Below are positions 34,390 to 48,397 of a stretch of DNA of 64,000 bases, piece after piece. The DNA is from Eledone cirrhosa (taxonomy: Eukaryota). The position numbers were made by a program, and so were the translations under genes. The stretch lies in contig OZ024741.1 in the NCBI GenBank assembly GCA_964016885.1, forward strand, positions 240,560,001 to 240,624,000, written 5' to 3'. The notes beneath the pieces were generated by a model. The model saw only the letters and a list, made by a program, of their open reading frames with translations, was not told the origin of the DNA and searched no databases. Within the stretch, counting starts at the first letter, position 1; each line of letters starts with the position of its first letter.

Positions 34390-35620
34390 TCTCACATAAG
34401 GAGCTCTAAATTTGGTATGGAGGCCTCATAGAACCTTTTAAAGAGTCTCATAGAGTCTGCATAAAGCTGAGTTCTTTTGGCCAGGCTAGTCCACTACACA
34501 TTATGAATATCTTGGAGTTTGCTGCACACAAAATGGTGGGCTGCTTTCATAACAAGACAAGATGGTTGAGTAAGATGTATCTGGTAGGCAGATTCTCAGC
34601 CAGTAACTCTTGGATCTCCTGATTGTTTTCCCCAAACCATTCGCTGTTCTTCTTTGTGAAAATTCTCAGAATATTGTCAGAGAATTTTAGTGAGAGTGAC
34701 CCAAGGCAAATGTTTAAGCATTGAGACTATGGAGTTTCTGACTTATCAGATGACTTGAGGGTGTAACTGGCACTGTCTTCCTGAAAACTCTCTTCAGGGT
34801 AGACTTATTAAGGCCAGTGATGTCAGCATTCACTCATCAAAGTTCATGTACAACCAAAGCAGAACATCATTCTAGGTCACAGTCTACTGTATCAAGTATA
34901 GTCCTGATACTCCAACAGGTGAACTAAAGTTTCTGTTTCTGTAAATCTTGTGAGGCAGGTGTGTACCTTTTACTTGTTGTTGTAGTTTGACCACATTTGC
35001 AGATACCTGTTACCACGGTAGCCAACTGGGTGGGAATGGAAACAAGCTTTGGTCAGGTCACCTTTTCTAGGTCCCTTTCTTTAGGGAGTCAGAGAAGGCT
35101 GTTTGAGACTGTATGAGGTCGTCATCACCAGGTTGACATCAGACGACCTTTACACATGATTTACCTGCATACAGGATTAAAACTGTGGTAAACAGATTCA
35201 TCCTCCACCTATCATTTTCTTTCCTTTCCCAATGCTGCAAGACTTAGTAAATTGTTAGAAAATGGTTGTAAATGTGTGTCCTTTGGCCTGAGCAATGCTG
35301 TCTTAGGTGCAGTGCAGTGTGTGCAGTACTAGCCCCACCAATTACACTCAAGGTTCACTTGCCATGTCCTGGCAAGCTAGGATGGGGGCAGTGATTTCCT
35401 CAGGTTGCAGGTGTTACATTGGAGTGTCCTTGATGATGACCTAATAAGGCTAATGAGCCCTATTTGCCCAAGTTTGGAGACAGAGATGTCCTTATCCTAG
35501 GCTGGTTTCCAATCAAGGCTGATGAACCTAGCTTCCCATCTCATTATACTATCAGACATTTGGTAGCACTATGATGTTAATGAGCTCTGTGGAAATAAGG
35601 GTCACCAACAGTGACTTCTG
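34390..35620 (-). pseudogene. Decayed RTE LINE 5' part (5' UTR and linker), another family
   Basis: Minus-strand KKNSEWFGENNQEIQELLA and RFYEA match the RTE linker motif ..WFDEN..EI..LL. Confidence 0.55.
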
Positions 35621-35913
35621 AGCCTCATGTCCTACATAGTCAAGGAAAGGTTCTGCATAATAAATAGCAACTCCTTTTCTGGTGTAGTATATGTATGTAA
35701 TTCTCTCATAACCCCACCCAACATCATAACAAGGGTAAACGATGAATACAAAAAAAAAAAATTTAAACCTCCAAAACCCACCACACAAAATACCATTACT
35801 CAACTACGAATGACAAATTTAACACAATTAATTAATCCACTTAAATTAACCACTTAAGAATATATAATGCCCATATTAAGAAACTAAACAGCAATGACAA
35901 ATACAAAAAATTA

Positions 35914-36518
35914 CCATATATGCTCAAATATGAGCTGATTCAAATATAAGCTGACCCCTATTTTATGTGTGAGAAATGGGCAAAACTTCAAATCCCATTT
36001 ATAAGCCAAGGCAGATAAACAACAGATGTTTAGATGACATAGTTTCGAAATTTACATGAGTATGAAATATATTTACAAAGTTTCAATATTTTGATGTGTA
36101 ACATGTTTTAAGTGTCATTTAGAGTATAGTTTTTGTTTCACAATTCCTTTATATAATGATTTTTCATCCATTTTATAATTTCAACTAGTTTCTTAAATTT
36201 GTTTTTACTTCCGGCCATTCACATGCTGAAAGTACTTTGAAAGCAAGAGATTGAACAAGAGAATTTGTCTAGGGATTCATAAAGTAGAAGAGGGAGGGAG
36301 AGACAGCAAGTAAGAAACTGAGAAAAGCGATTTCAAGAGAAATAACACTAATGATGATGTATTAAATGTATAAAAACTATTTAATTGTAAAATAATCAGT
36401 CCAGATATTTTAGCATTTTATTTACATAGAATTTGGCAAAATATTGACTTTAAGAATAAGCTTTTACCATAATTTTTTTTTGTCATATATTTCTCAGCTT
36501 ATATACAAGTATATACAG
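35914..36518. mobile_element. Non-autonomous Tc1/mariner (pogo/Tigger-like) DNA transposon
   Basis: TA|ccatatatgctcaaatatgagctga ... tcagcttatatacaagtatatacag|TA. These are CpG-decayed TIRs of consensus CCGTATATACTCGAATATAAGCCGA with TA flanks. Confidence 0.7.
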
Positions 36519-36529
36519 TATTGCAGTTA

Positions 36530-38520
36530 ATATATTGTTCTTTTCAGCACAACTTCGCTCCATGCATCACGTTCCTGTGTCATCTCCTTTGGGAATTTCA
36601 ATGATTTGAAATCAGCTCCGGTCTTCTTCTGTAACTTCCTTCTATTAGGATTTCCTAGTATTTCTTCACCCAGTGATCAGCAGCCATACACATCCCATGT
36701 TCACACCAATACAGTTTTCTCTCTTGCACACTACTTCTGATTCCTCTTAAACCCTGTTTTTCTCTCGGTTCATCCAAGCTCTCTGCTGTTCTCACACATT
36801 GGCATTCCACATCAAACGAAGCATGATTGCTTCATTTTTCTCCAGCCCACGCATATTCTCTGCAGTTATTGTCAATGTTTCATTATTATGCAGCATTGCA
36901 CTCTGCACTCAGGCATCATACAACCATCTCATATGATGAGGAAAAGTGTGTTCAAAATGACATCGGTGCACTTAGCATTGTTGATGTTCATAGAGAGAAG
37001 TAGGAGTCGAGCTAGTAACCTGCATAATTAATTAGGTAATAAAGGAGGAAGTCACACATAATGACTATTTGGGCTGTACAATTGTAAATTGCTACAAGAG
37101 AAAAGGTGATGCTCTAGAAAGGAGGAAAATAGTTCTAGCACAGCTAATTAGAGAAAGAGTTGTATTAGATGAGATGCAGTTCAGTTTTGTGCCTGAGAGA
37201 AATACTACAGATGCCTTTTTCCTAGTGAGATTACTACAAGAGAAGTTCCTAGTCAAAAATAGGTCACTTTATTTACTTACTTGTACTTGTGTCGACCTTC
37301 ACCCTGCACGGGTTGAGCCGGCTTCTTCCCTTGTCCTGACGGCATCCCAAACCATGGCAGCCCACGCACGATGGTCCCGGGCTAGGTCACTGGAGATAGT
37401 GAGCCAGTCACGGTTCAATCGGCGCAAGCCGACCACCTGCGGACCTGAGAGTTCAGAGAGGTCCTCCTTGATCGTTGTTGACCAGGTCTTCAGCTGCCCA
37501 CAACGAGTTTGCGCCAGTTAGAGAGTGGAGGTGGGAGGAGAACATCGCAGATCAGCTCACCCTCAGGGCACCGGGCTGCGTGACCAAACCATCTCAAGCG
37601 CCGTTGCAGAAGCACTGAAGGAAGGAGTTGAAGATTCAGGCGAAGATGAAGACTGGCGGTAGGTACCCGATCAACGCGTCGACAGCAAAGAATGCGGCGG
37701 AGACAGTCATTGTCGAAGACCTCCAGCCCCCGTTGATCGACTACCATCATAGGCCATGTTTCACAGCCATAGAAGAGGATAGTGCGAACGACGGCCTGGT
37801 AGATTCACCCTTTGGTCGCCGAGGTGATCTCTCTTCTGTCCCACAGACACCACTGGAGGCGCCCAAAAGCGGATCTGGCAGCACCTATGTGACGCTTGAC
37901 CTCGGCTACGCCCTGTCCCATTGGAACCACTGTTGAGCCCAGGTAAACGAAAGACTCCACATCCTCCAGGTCCACGACCTCGAGAGATATTGGCTGCCAG
38001 GCATCAGGCAAAACCAGTGACATCATGACTTTTGACTTGGCCGCATTGATTTGTTAACCAGCAGGCAGCGGCTGCAGTGTGCACCCTTTCGAGAGCACCC
38101 TGTACATCTGTCCCGTTAGTGCCCATCAGCACGATGTCATCCACGTAGGCCAGGTCCGTCACCACGACCCCTCTCCCGACCTCTATGCCCGGGTAATCCC
38201 GGAGCAGTGTGTTGAGAGTGTAGTCAATGGCGTAGTTAAAGAGAGTTGGCGATAGCGCACACACCTGCCGAACACCGTCTCCCCACCATAGACCCTCACT
38301 CGGGCCCAAGTCGACCGGTAGTAGCCTCTTTATTTAGCTTTTGTTGATCTAGAAAGGGGTCTTTGATAGAGTACCTCAATCTGTCATCTGGTGATTCTTA
38401 AGGAAATTAAGTGTAGAGGAATGGTTTGCGCGAGCAGTGCAAGCCATGTACAGAGGAGCTGTTAGCAAAGTGAGAGTAGGTGTTCATCAGGGCTCCATCT
38501 TCAGCCCACTTTTGTTCATT
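36530..38520 (-). mobile_element. Old RTE family A-like copy with 5' inversion, interrupted by a nested LINE
   Basis: 36540-36950 is the C-terminus on the minus strand. 36960-37275 and 38328-38520 are RT core on the plus strand (IVNCYKRKGDAL, LLQEKFL, YLAFVDLE, GVHQGSIFSPLLF). Confidence 0.7.
37276..38327 (-). mobile_element. Nested 5'-truncated RTE LINE (different, GC-rich family) with 9-bp TSD
   Basis: GVRQVCALSPTLF, DLAYVDDIV, FVYLGS and RRLRWFGH motifs. (ACAAGT)n-type tail. TSD CTTTATTTA at 37267-37275 and 38328-38336. Confidence 0.88.
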
Positions 38521-40024
38521 AAAAAATTAAAACCTCTCTCAAGCCTGGAGGCTCAATAGGCCAATGCTTATCTCAGTTTCATTGGTGTTAAGGAACTGAA
38601 AGTATTTCCTCCTGGACAGTATGCCAGTTCATTGCAGGATTAACCTCTAGTTACTGTTGATAGTCAGTTGGAGCAACCTGAAATGAAGTGTTTTGCTGAA
38701 GAACAGAATCAAATTTGCTGAAGAACTCAATCGAAGAAACCATGACATTATGATCATTAATCTAACACCCTAACCACTAGACCATGTACTTTCATAACTC
38801 TTGTGCTTGTGTAAGAAAATATTATTGTTTTATATTGCTTGTGTTTTTGGAATTGTATAAAGCACATTCCTGAAATTCATTCTAACAATTACCCATAAAA
38901 TACAGATAGCTTTCTTCTGGGGGATAAGAACACAGAAATTATCTCTCTCTCTCTCTCTCATATATGGACATACACACAAGCATACATGCTTGTGTGTACG
39001 AACATATACACATAAATACACTCACACATACACAAAAACCAATATGCATATAGAGACACACAAACATACATTCATATACAAGCATATAAACACACACACA
39101 CATACATATTCACACATACACATTCACACACACATACACATTCACACGCACACACATTCACACACACACACATTCACACACACCCACACATACACATTCA
39201 TACACACACACATACATTCATACATTAAGTAATGAACATACACATACATGTATAAATACATACATACAAAAAAACGCATTTATGTACACACACATACACA
39301 CATATTCACACATGTACATGTATACATACAAAAACATTCAAATATAAACATATATACGCATATACATACATTCACACATACATTTACAAACATACACATA
39401 CATAAATATATGCATGCATACATACATATATTACTTTCTTACACACATATATAAATATGCACACACACATACACAGGCACACACATATAAACATACATGC
39501 ATGGATACATACGTAAACAAACCAAAGCTTGCAAACAAAAAGATACACACACATACACTCGCACCTTCACATGCACACACCTTCAAATACTCATTCAGAC
39601 ACATATACACACACACATTCAGACACATAGACACATATATATACACACACACACACATATTCAGACACATACACACACACCTTCACACACACACATTCAG
39701 ACGCATACACACACACATTCAGACATATACCCACATAGTAAAACTGTTTTTCAACAATGTTCTCATGCTATCATGGCTGCAATAGTGTTTTGTCAGTTTG
39801 AATATTTGCATATTGTTAGAGCAAGTGATTTCACAGTTGTATGCTCTGTTGCTCTTCTCATTGCTGACCAATCAACTGTGAAATGACGGGGAGTGGTTCC
39901 TTCTGTCAACCAAACAGACAGATTCAAGCAAAACTAATATACCTTGAATAACACACCTGCTGTAATCAGTGGTTGAACCAGTGACATTTGGGTCCATAGC
40001 CCAGCAATTTACCTCATGTTGTGT

Positions 40025-40058
<34 letters not shown>

Positions 40059-40107
40059 GAACACCCACCCACACACACGCACCACTATACTCTCCCCTCA
40101 TACAGTC

Positions 40108-40164
<57 letters not shown>

Positions 40165-40342
40165 ACACACATATATCATCACCATCATCACTTTTAAATT
40201 GACTTTTCCATGCTAGCATGGGCTGGATGGAATATTTTGAGGCAGTGTTTTACAGCTTGATGCCCTTCCTGACACTAACCCTTTTTGTTGCTTCTTATGA
40301 CATGCAACAATACCATGTACCTATATTAGATGTGGATACACA

Positions 40343-40403
<61 letters not shown>

Positions 40404-40579
40404 GCACACACACACACACACACACACACTCACTCACACACACACACTCTCTCTCTCTCTCTCTCACTCACACACCAGTACAGCCATTACTTGCAATTGA
40501 ATATTTAATAGTGTGTGCAATACTAAGAATTTTAGGTGGTCATGCAGTTATGAGTGGACACAGCCAACCTCCCACTCCT

Positions 40580-43500
40580 CCCTCCCTTGATCTAATGTAA
40601 CCTCTCTCTTGATCTAATGTAACCCCTCCCTTGATCTAATGTAACCTCTCTCTTGATCTAATGTAACCTCTCCCTTGATCTAATGTAACCTCTCCCTTGA
40701 TCTAATGTAACCACTCTCTTGATCTAATGTAACCCCTCCCTTGATCTAATGTAACCTCTCCCTTGATCTAATGTAACCCCTCCCTTGATCTAATGTAACC
40801 TCTCCCTTGATCTAATGTAACCCCTCCCTTGATCTAATGTAACCTCTCCCTTGATCTAATGTAACCTCTCCCTTGATCTAATGTAACCCCTCCCTTGATC
40901 TAATGTAACCTCTCCCTTGATCTAATGTAACCTCTCCCTTGGTCTAATGTAACCTCTCCCTTGATCTAATGTAACCTCTCCCTTGATCTAATGTAACCCC
41001 TCCCTTGATCTAATGTAACCTCTCCCTTGATCTAATGTAACCTCTCCCTTGATCTAATGTAACCTCTCCCTTGATCTAATGTAACCCCTCCCTTGATCTA
41101 ATGTAACCTCTCCCTTGATCTAATGTAACCTCTCCCTTGATCTAATGTAACCTCTCTCTTGATCTAATGTAACCCCTCCCTTGATCTAATGTAACCTCTC
41201 CCTTGATCTAATGTAACCTCTCCCTTGGTCTAATGTAACCTCTCCCTTGATCTAATGTAAGCTCTCCCTTGATCTAATGTAACCCCTCCCTTGATCTAAT
41301 GTAACCCCTCCCTTGATCTAATGTAACCTCTCCCTTGATCTAATGTAACCCCTTCCTTGATCTAATGTAACCTCTCCCTTGATCTAATGTAACCCCTCCC
41401 TTGATCTAATGTAACCCCTCCCTTGATCTAATGTAACCCCTCCCTTGATCTAATGTAACCTCTCCATTGATCTAATGTAACCTCTCCCTTGATCTAATGT
41501 AACCCCTCCCTTGATCTAATGTAACCTCTCCCTTGATCTAATGTAACCTCTCCTTTGATCTAATGTAACCTCTCCCTTGATCTAATGTAACCCCTCCCTT
41601 GATCTAATGTAACCTCTCCCTTGATCTAATGTAACCTCTCCCTTGATCTAATGTAACCTCTCCCTTGATCTAATGTAACACCTCCCTTGATCTAATGTAA
41701 CCTCTTCCTTGATCTAATGTAACCTCTCCCTTGGTCTAATGTAACCTCTCCCTTGATCTAATGTAACCTCTCTCTTGATCTAATGTAACCCCTCCCTTGA
41801 TCTAATGTAACCTCTCCCTTGATCTAATGTAACCTCTCCCTTGGTCTAATGTAACCTCTCCCTTGATCTAATGTAACCTCTCCCTTGATCTAATGTAACC
41901 CCTCCCTTGATCTAATGTAACCTCTCCCTTGATCTAATGTAACCTCTCCCTTGATCTAATGTAACCTCTCCCTTGATCTAATGTAACCCCTCCCTTGATC
42001 TAATGTAACCTCTCCCTTGATCTAATGTAACCTCTCCCTTGGTCTAATGTAACCTCTCCCTTGATCTAATGTAACCTCTCCCTTGATCTAATGTAACCTC
42101 TCCCTTGATCTAATGTAACCCCTCCCTTGATCTAATGTAACCTCTCCCTTGATCTAATGTAACCCCTCCCTTGATCTAATGTAACCCCTCCCTTGATCTA
42201 ATGTAACCTCTCCCTTGATCTAATGTAACCTCTCCCTTGATCTAATGTAACCCCTCCCTTGATCTAATGTAACCTCTCCCTTGATCTAATGTAACCCCTC
42301 CCTTGATCTAATGTAACCTCTCCCTTGATCTAATGTAACCTCTCCCTTGATCTAATGTAACCTCTCCCTTGATCTAATGTAACCTCTCCCTTGATCTAAT
42401 GTAACCCCTCCCTTGATCTAATGTAACCTCTCCCTTGATCTAATGTAACCTCTCCCTTGGTCTAATGTAACCTCTCCCTTGATCTAATGTAACCTCTCCC
42501 TTGATCTAATGTAACCTCTCCCTTGATCTAATGTAACCCCTCCCTTGATCTAATGTAACCCCTCCCTTGATCTAATGTAACCTCTCCCTTGATCTAATGT
42601 AACCTCTCCTTTGATCTAATGTAACCACTCCCTTGATCTAATGTAACCTCTCCCTTGATCTAATGTAACCCCTCCCTTGATCTAATGTAACCTCTCCCTT
42701 GATCTAATGTAACCCCTCCCTTGATCTAATGTAACCCCTCCCTTGATCTAATGTAACCTCTCCCTTGATCTAATGTAACCTCTCCTTTGATCTAATGTAA
42801 CCTCTCCCTTGATCTAATGTAACCTCTCCCTTGATCCAATGTAACCCCTCCCTTGATCTAATGTAACCCCTCCCTTGATCTAATGTAACCTCTCCTTTGA
42901 TCTAATGTAACCTCTCCCTTGATCTAATGTAACCTCTCCCTTGATCTAATGTAACCCCTCCCTTGATCTCATGTAACCTCACCCTTGATCTAATGTAACC
43001 TCTCTCTTCATCTAATGTAACCTCTCCCCTGATCTAACGTAAGCTCTCCCTTGATCTAATGTAACCTCTCCCTTGATCTAATGTAACCTCTCCCTTGATC
43101 TAATGTAAGCTCTCCCTTGATCTAATGTAACCCCTCCCTTGATCTAATGTAACCTCTCCCTTGATCTAATGTAACCTCTCCCTTGATCTAATGTAACCTC
43201 TCCCTTGATCTAATGTAACCTCTCCTTTGATCTAATGTAACCTCTCCCTTGATCTACTGTAACCCCTCCCTTGATCTAATGTAACCTCTCCCTTGATCTA
43301 ATGTAACCTCTCCCTTGATCTAATGTAACCTCTCCCTTGATCTAATGTAACCCCTCCCTTGATCTAATGTAACCTCTCCCTTGATCTAATGTAACCTCTC
43401 CCTTGGTCTAATGTAACCTCTCCCTTGATCTAATGTAACCTCTCTCTTGATCTAATGTAACCCCTCCCTTGATCTAATGTAACCTCTCCCTTGATCTAAT

Positions 43501-45927
43501 GTAACCTCTCCCTTGATCTAATGTAACCCCTCCCTTGATCTAATGTAACCTCTCCCTTGATCTAATGTAACCCCTACCTTGATCTAATGTAACCTCTCCC
43601 TTGATCTAATGTAACCTCTCCCTTGATCTAATGTAACCTCTTCCTTGATCTAATGTAACCCCTCCCTTGATCTAATGTAACCCCTCCCTTGATCTAATGT
43701 AACCCCTCCCTTGATCAAATGTAACCCCTCCCTTGATCTAACGTAACATCTCCTTTGATCTAATGTAACCTCTCCCTTGATCTAATGTAATTTCTCCCTT
43801 GATCTAATGTAACCCTCCCTTGATATCATGTAACCCCTCCCTTGATCTAATGTAACCTCTCCCTTGATCTAATGTAACCCCTCTGTTGATCTAATGTAAC
43901 CCCTCCATTGATCTAATGTAACCTCTCCTTTGATCTAATGTAACCTCTCCCTTGATCTAATGTAACCTCTCCCTTGATCTAATGTAACCTCTCCTTTGAT
44001 CTAATGTAACCTCTCCCTTGATCTAATGTAACCTCTCCCTTGGTCTAATGTAACCCCTCCCTTGATCTAATGTAACCTCTCCCTTGATCTAATGTAACCT
44101 CTCCCTTGATCTAATGTAACCTCTCCTTTGATCTAATGTAACCTCTCCCTTGATCTAATGTAACCTCTCCCTTGATCTAATGTAACCCCTCCCTTGATCT
44201 AATGTAACCCCTCCCTTGATCTAATGTAACCTCTCCCTTGATCTAATGTAACCTCTCCTTTGATCTAATGTAACCTCTCCCTTGATCTAATGTAACCTCT
44301 CCCTTGATCTAATGTAACCTCTCCTTTGATCTAATGTAACCTCTCCCTTGATCTAATGTAACCTCTCCCTTGATCTAATGTAACCCCTCCCTTGATCTAA
44401 TGTAACCCCTCCCTTGATCTAATGTAAGCTCTCCATTGATCTAATGTAACCCCTCCCTTGATCTAATGTAACCTCTCCTTTGATCTAATGTAACCCCTCC
44501 CTTGATCTAATGTAACCTCTCCCTTGATCTAATGTAACCTCTCCCTTGATCTAATGTAACCCCTCCCTTGATCTAATGTAACCTCACCCTTGATCTAATG
44601 TAACCTCTCTCTTGATCTAATGTAACCTCTCCCTTGATCTAATGTAAGCTCTCCCTTGATCTAATGTAACCTCTCCCTTGATCTAATGTAACCTCTCCCT
44701 TGATCTAATGTAAGCTCTCCCTTGATTTAATGTAACCTCTCCCTTGATCTAATGTAACCTCTCCCTTGATCTAATGTAACCTCTCCCTTGATCTAATGTA
44801 ACCCCTCCCTTGATCTAATGTAACCTCTCCCTTGATCTAATGTGACCTCTCCCTTGATCTAATGTAACCTCTCCCTTGATCTAATGTAACCCCTCCCTTG
44901 ATCTAATGTAACCCCTCCCTTGATCTAATGTAACCCCTCCCTTGATCTAATGTAACCCCTCCCTTGATCTAATGTAACCTCTCCTTTGATCTAATGTAAC
45001 CTCTCCCTTGATCTATTGTAACTTCTCCCTTGATCTAATGTAACCCCTCCCTTGATATCATGTAACCCCTCCCTTGATCTACTGTAACCTCTCCCTTGAT
45101 CTAATGTAACCCCTCTGTTGATCTAATGTAACCTCTCCCTTGATCTAATGTAACCTCTCCCTTGATCTAATGTAACCTCTCCCTTGATCTAATGTAACCC
45201 CTCCCTTGATCTAATGTAACCTCACCCTTGATCTAATGTAACCTCTCCCTTGATGTAATGTAACCCCTCCCTTGATCTAATGTAACCTCTCCTTTGATCT
45301 AATGTAACCTCTCCCTTGATCTAATGTAACCCCTCCCTTGATCTAATGTAACCCCTCCCTTGATCTAATGTAACCCCTCCATTGATCTAATGTAACCTCT
45401 CCTTTGATCTAATGTAACCTCTCCCTTGATCTAATGTAACCTCTCCTTTGATCTAATGTAACCTCTCCCTTGATCTAATATAACCTCTCCCTTGATCTAA
45501 TGTAACCTCTCCCTTGATCTAATGTAACCCCTCCCTTGATCTAATGTAACCCCTCCCTTGATCTAATGTAACCCCTCCATTGATCTAATGTAACCTCTCC
45601 TTTGATCTAATGTAACCTCTCCCTTGATCTAATGTAACCTCTCCCTTGATCTAATGTAACCTCTCCTTTGATCTAATGTAACCTCTCCCTTGATCTAATG
45701 TAACCTCTCCTTTGATCTAATGTAACCTCTCCCTTGATCTAATGTAACCTCTCCCTTGATCTAATGTAACCCCTCCCTTGATCTAATGTAACCTCACCCT
45801 TGATCTAATGTAACCTCTCTCTTGATCTAATGTAACCTCTCCCTTGATCTAATGTAAGCTCTCCCTTGATCTAATGTAACCTCTCCCATGATCTAATGTA
45901 ACCTCTCCCTTGATCTAATGTAACCTC
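40580..45927. repeat. Satellite array, 22-bp unit, ~240 copies (~5.3 kb)
   Basis: Tandem TTGATCTAATGTAACC(T/C)CTCCC with scattered substitutions and no spacers. Confidence 0.98.
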
Positions 45928-46147
45928 AAGATTGTAACAGCTGGAAGGAGAAGGGGCTGCACCAACACTAGACTGGTACTTTCTTTTTCAACCCTGAATG
46001 GATAAAAAGGTAAAGTAGATCTTGGTGGGTTTTGAACTCAGAATGTACAAACCCTGAACAAATACTCAACGCTCTTATGACTTTGGCACATCGACCACCT
46101 TACACACACACACACACACACACACACGTACATACACATATACATAA

Positions 46148-46180
<33 letters not shown>

Positions 46181-46757
46181 CACACGTACATACACATATA
46201 CATAAACACATGCACACACACACACAGACACACACATACATACACACATACACACACACACACAAACTCACCCATACATATACAATTACGCACATACCCC
46301 CCCCCCACACACACATGATGGTTCTTCTGCTGGTTCTGACAATGAGCATTCAGTTGTTCAATCAACTGTATGTCCAATTCATGAATTATTGTGTGAGTGA
46401 GTGGTTGAGTATTCCACAGACACGTATACCCTGAATGTAATTTCTCATTCTGAATAAGCATAACACAATATGTAACAAGGTTAGACAACTGAATTACTGG
46501 TACATTCCATCAGCCAGGCATTCATACAGTTTCCATCTACCCAATTTCAATGACAAGACTTGAATAGACCTCAGGATATGACTGCGGAACAATCGTCTCA
46601 ATCCTTCATCCATGCTATCTTTTCTCTCAGCTACTACTGGAACAAAAGGATGATGTCGTTCAGCTACCACATGGTGTTTTATGAGTCTGTTTAGTTGTAA
46701 ACAAATGAATATTAATAATATTATGATACTATTATATTATTATTGTTATTCACTCAC

Positions 46758-46801
<44 letters not shown>

Positions 46802-46935
46802 GATGCTGCCCCCCCCCCCCCCCCCCCAGCCCGGCAACTGCTCTGTATGCAAATGAATTTCAACAGTTCATAAACATAATTGAAATTCTATAAGAATCCA
46901 GCTTCTACAGCTTATGGGAAAGGCGAAGTAATATG

Positions 46936-46981
46936 TAGTCTTGACAACCACTAATAAGTGAGAAATGGTCGCCATCGATTA
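46936..46981 (+). ncRNA. Degenerate minimal type I hammerhead within a pLTR-like remnant (~46860-47100)
   Basis: Stem I TAGTC/GATTA. Core TTGACAA (two changes from CTGACGA). Stem II CACT/AGTG, then GAAA. Stem III ATGG/CCAT with an AUC triplet. Downstream sequence resembles 49850-49930. Confidence 0.55.
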
Positions 46982-47112
46982 CATCCCTTTGTATTTGCTG
47001 AAGCTAGGTATGTGACGTTAGTCACTATTCTAAAATTCATAGCAAAAAGCCTTCAAAATATTTAAAAATAAACATACAGTATATTATTGAATATAATATA
47101 TGCGCACATGCA

Positions 47113-47342
47113 TTCATCATCATCATCATCATTATCATCATCATACGTCCGCTTTTCCTTGCTTGCAAGGGTGGGACGGGTCCTATTCAGCACAGCATCT
47201 CTCCACTTGTCACGATCCTTTGTCATCTCCTCCGTGAGCTTCAGTGATCTGAGGTCCTCTCTCACCACCTCAGCCCATGTTTTTCGTGGTCTTCCTCTAC
47301 TGCGTCTTCCTTCTACTGACATTTCTTGGCACTTCTTTGCCC
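47113..47342 (-). mobile_element. RTE LINE family C, short 3' fragment
   Basis: VEGRRSRGRPRKTWAEVVREDL followed by a (GAT)n tail. Confidence 0.85.
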
Positions 47343-47789
47343 ATCATCATAATTCTTTTATGGACACTTTTTTGCATTCCTGGACTTGACAGGTAATTAC
47401 AAACCAAGTCAGTACTATATTGGTATTACTGTCCATTTAAATGGGGTGGAAGTATACATCTTGATCAAATATATACATTTTTGAGTATCGTTGCAATGCT
47501 AACACCAACCACTTTACAAAGTTGCCCCATTTTACTGTACTAGGGAAGTTACCATGTCAAGGACTCTTGACTGAAGAGTTTTCTTTACTTGTTTGGTATA
47601 TTTTCTACAATTTACCACTGGATATTTTTCCTATTGCCAACCACTTTGAAGAGTGTACTGGGAGCATCAGCACCAAAGCTGTTGTCATGGCCTTGGTGTG
47701 ACTGAAAAGTCTTCTCTACTCTATGAATGCCAACCATTTATATGCCTACAATCAGGTGAGAGCAAGCAATGGCAATCAACAGGGATGCC

Positions 47790-47901
47790 ATCAGCAGGGA
47801 CGGATATCAGCAGGGACGGATATCAGCAGGGACGGATATCACCAAGGACGGATATCGGCAGGGACAGATATCACCAGGGACAGATATCAGCAGGGACGGA
47901 T
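47790..47901. repeat. Minisatellite, 16-bp unit, ~7 copies
   Basis: Tandem cagcagggacggatat. Confidence 0.9.
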
Positions 47902-48345
47902 GATTGGGAGTAGTAGCTATGTACCATGAGTCATATGGGGGAAGAAAGATTGGTAGCCAGCAGCAGGAGCCAGATCACAGAAGAGAGCGAAATATGGTTT
48001 AAACCTATGCCATTAATTGGTTCCAGAAGTTAGAAAATGACAAATGTTTGATTACCCCCCCCCCCCCCCCCCCCGCCACCATATGATTTTATACATTACA
48101 ATACTCATACATTACAATACACTTTATGTTGTATATTTTAGCATTCATTTAAATGAGATTTTTATGTTTTTTAGTGTTTTTTATGGGTTAATATGTTTGG
48201 TAGGCCGACATAAAGTAGAATCAGTTGACATAACATGAGGTTTATTTTTGCCATATAATATTAAGAGAAACTGCCATAATTCCAAAATTGATGAAACTCA
48301 AACAACATAAGCTGAGGTATACTGTCTGTGTGTGTGTGTATACAT

Positions 48346-48397
<52 letters not shown>

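Noticed and set aside
40580-45927. CRISPR-like array (also considered for 58673-61950 and 30624-30980)
   Set aside because: Head-to-tail units with no unique spacers, no cas genes, and a eukaryotic context.
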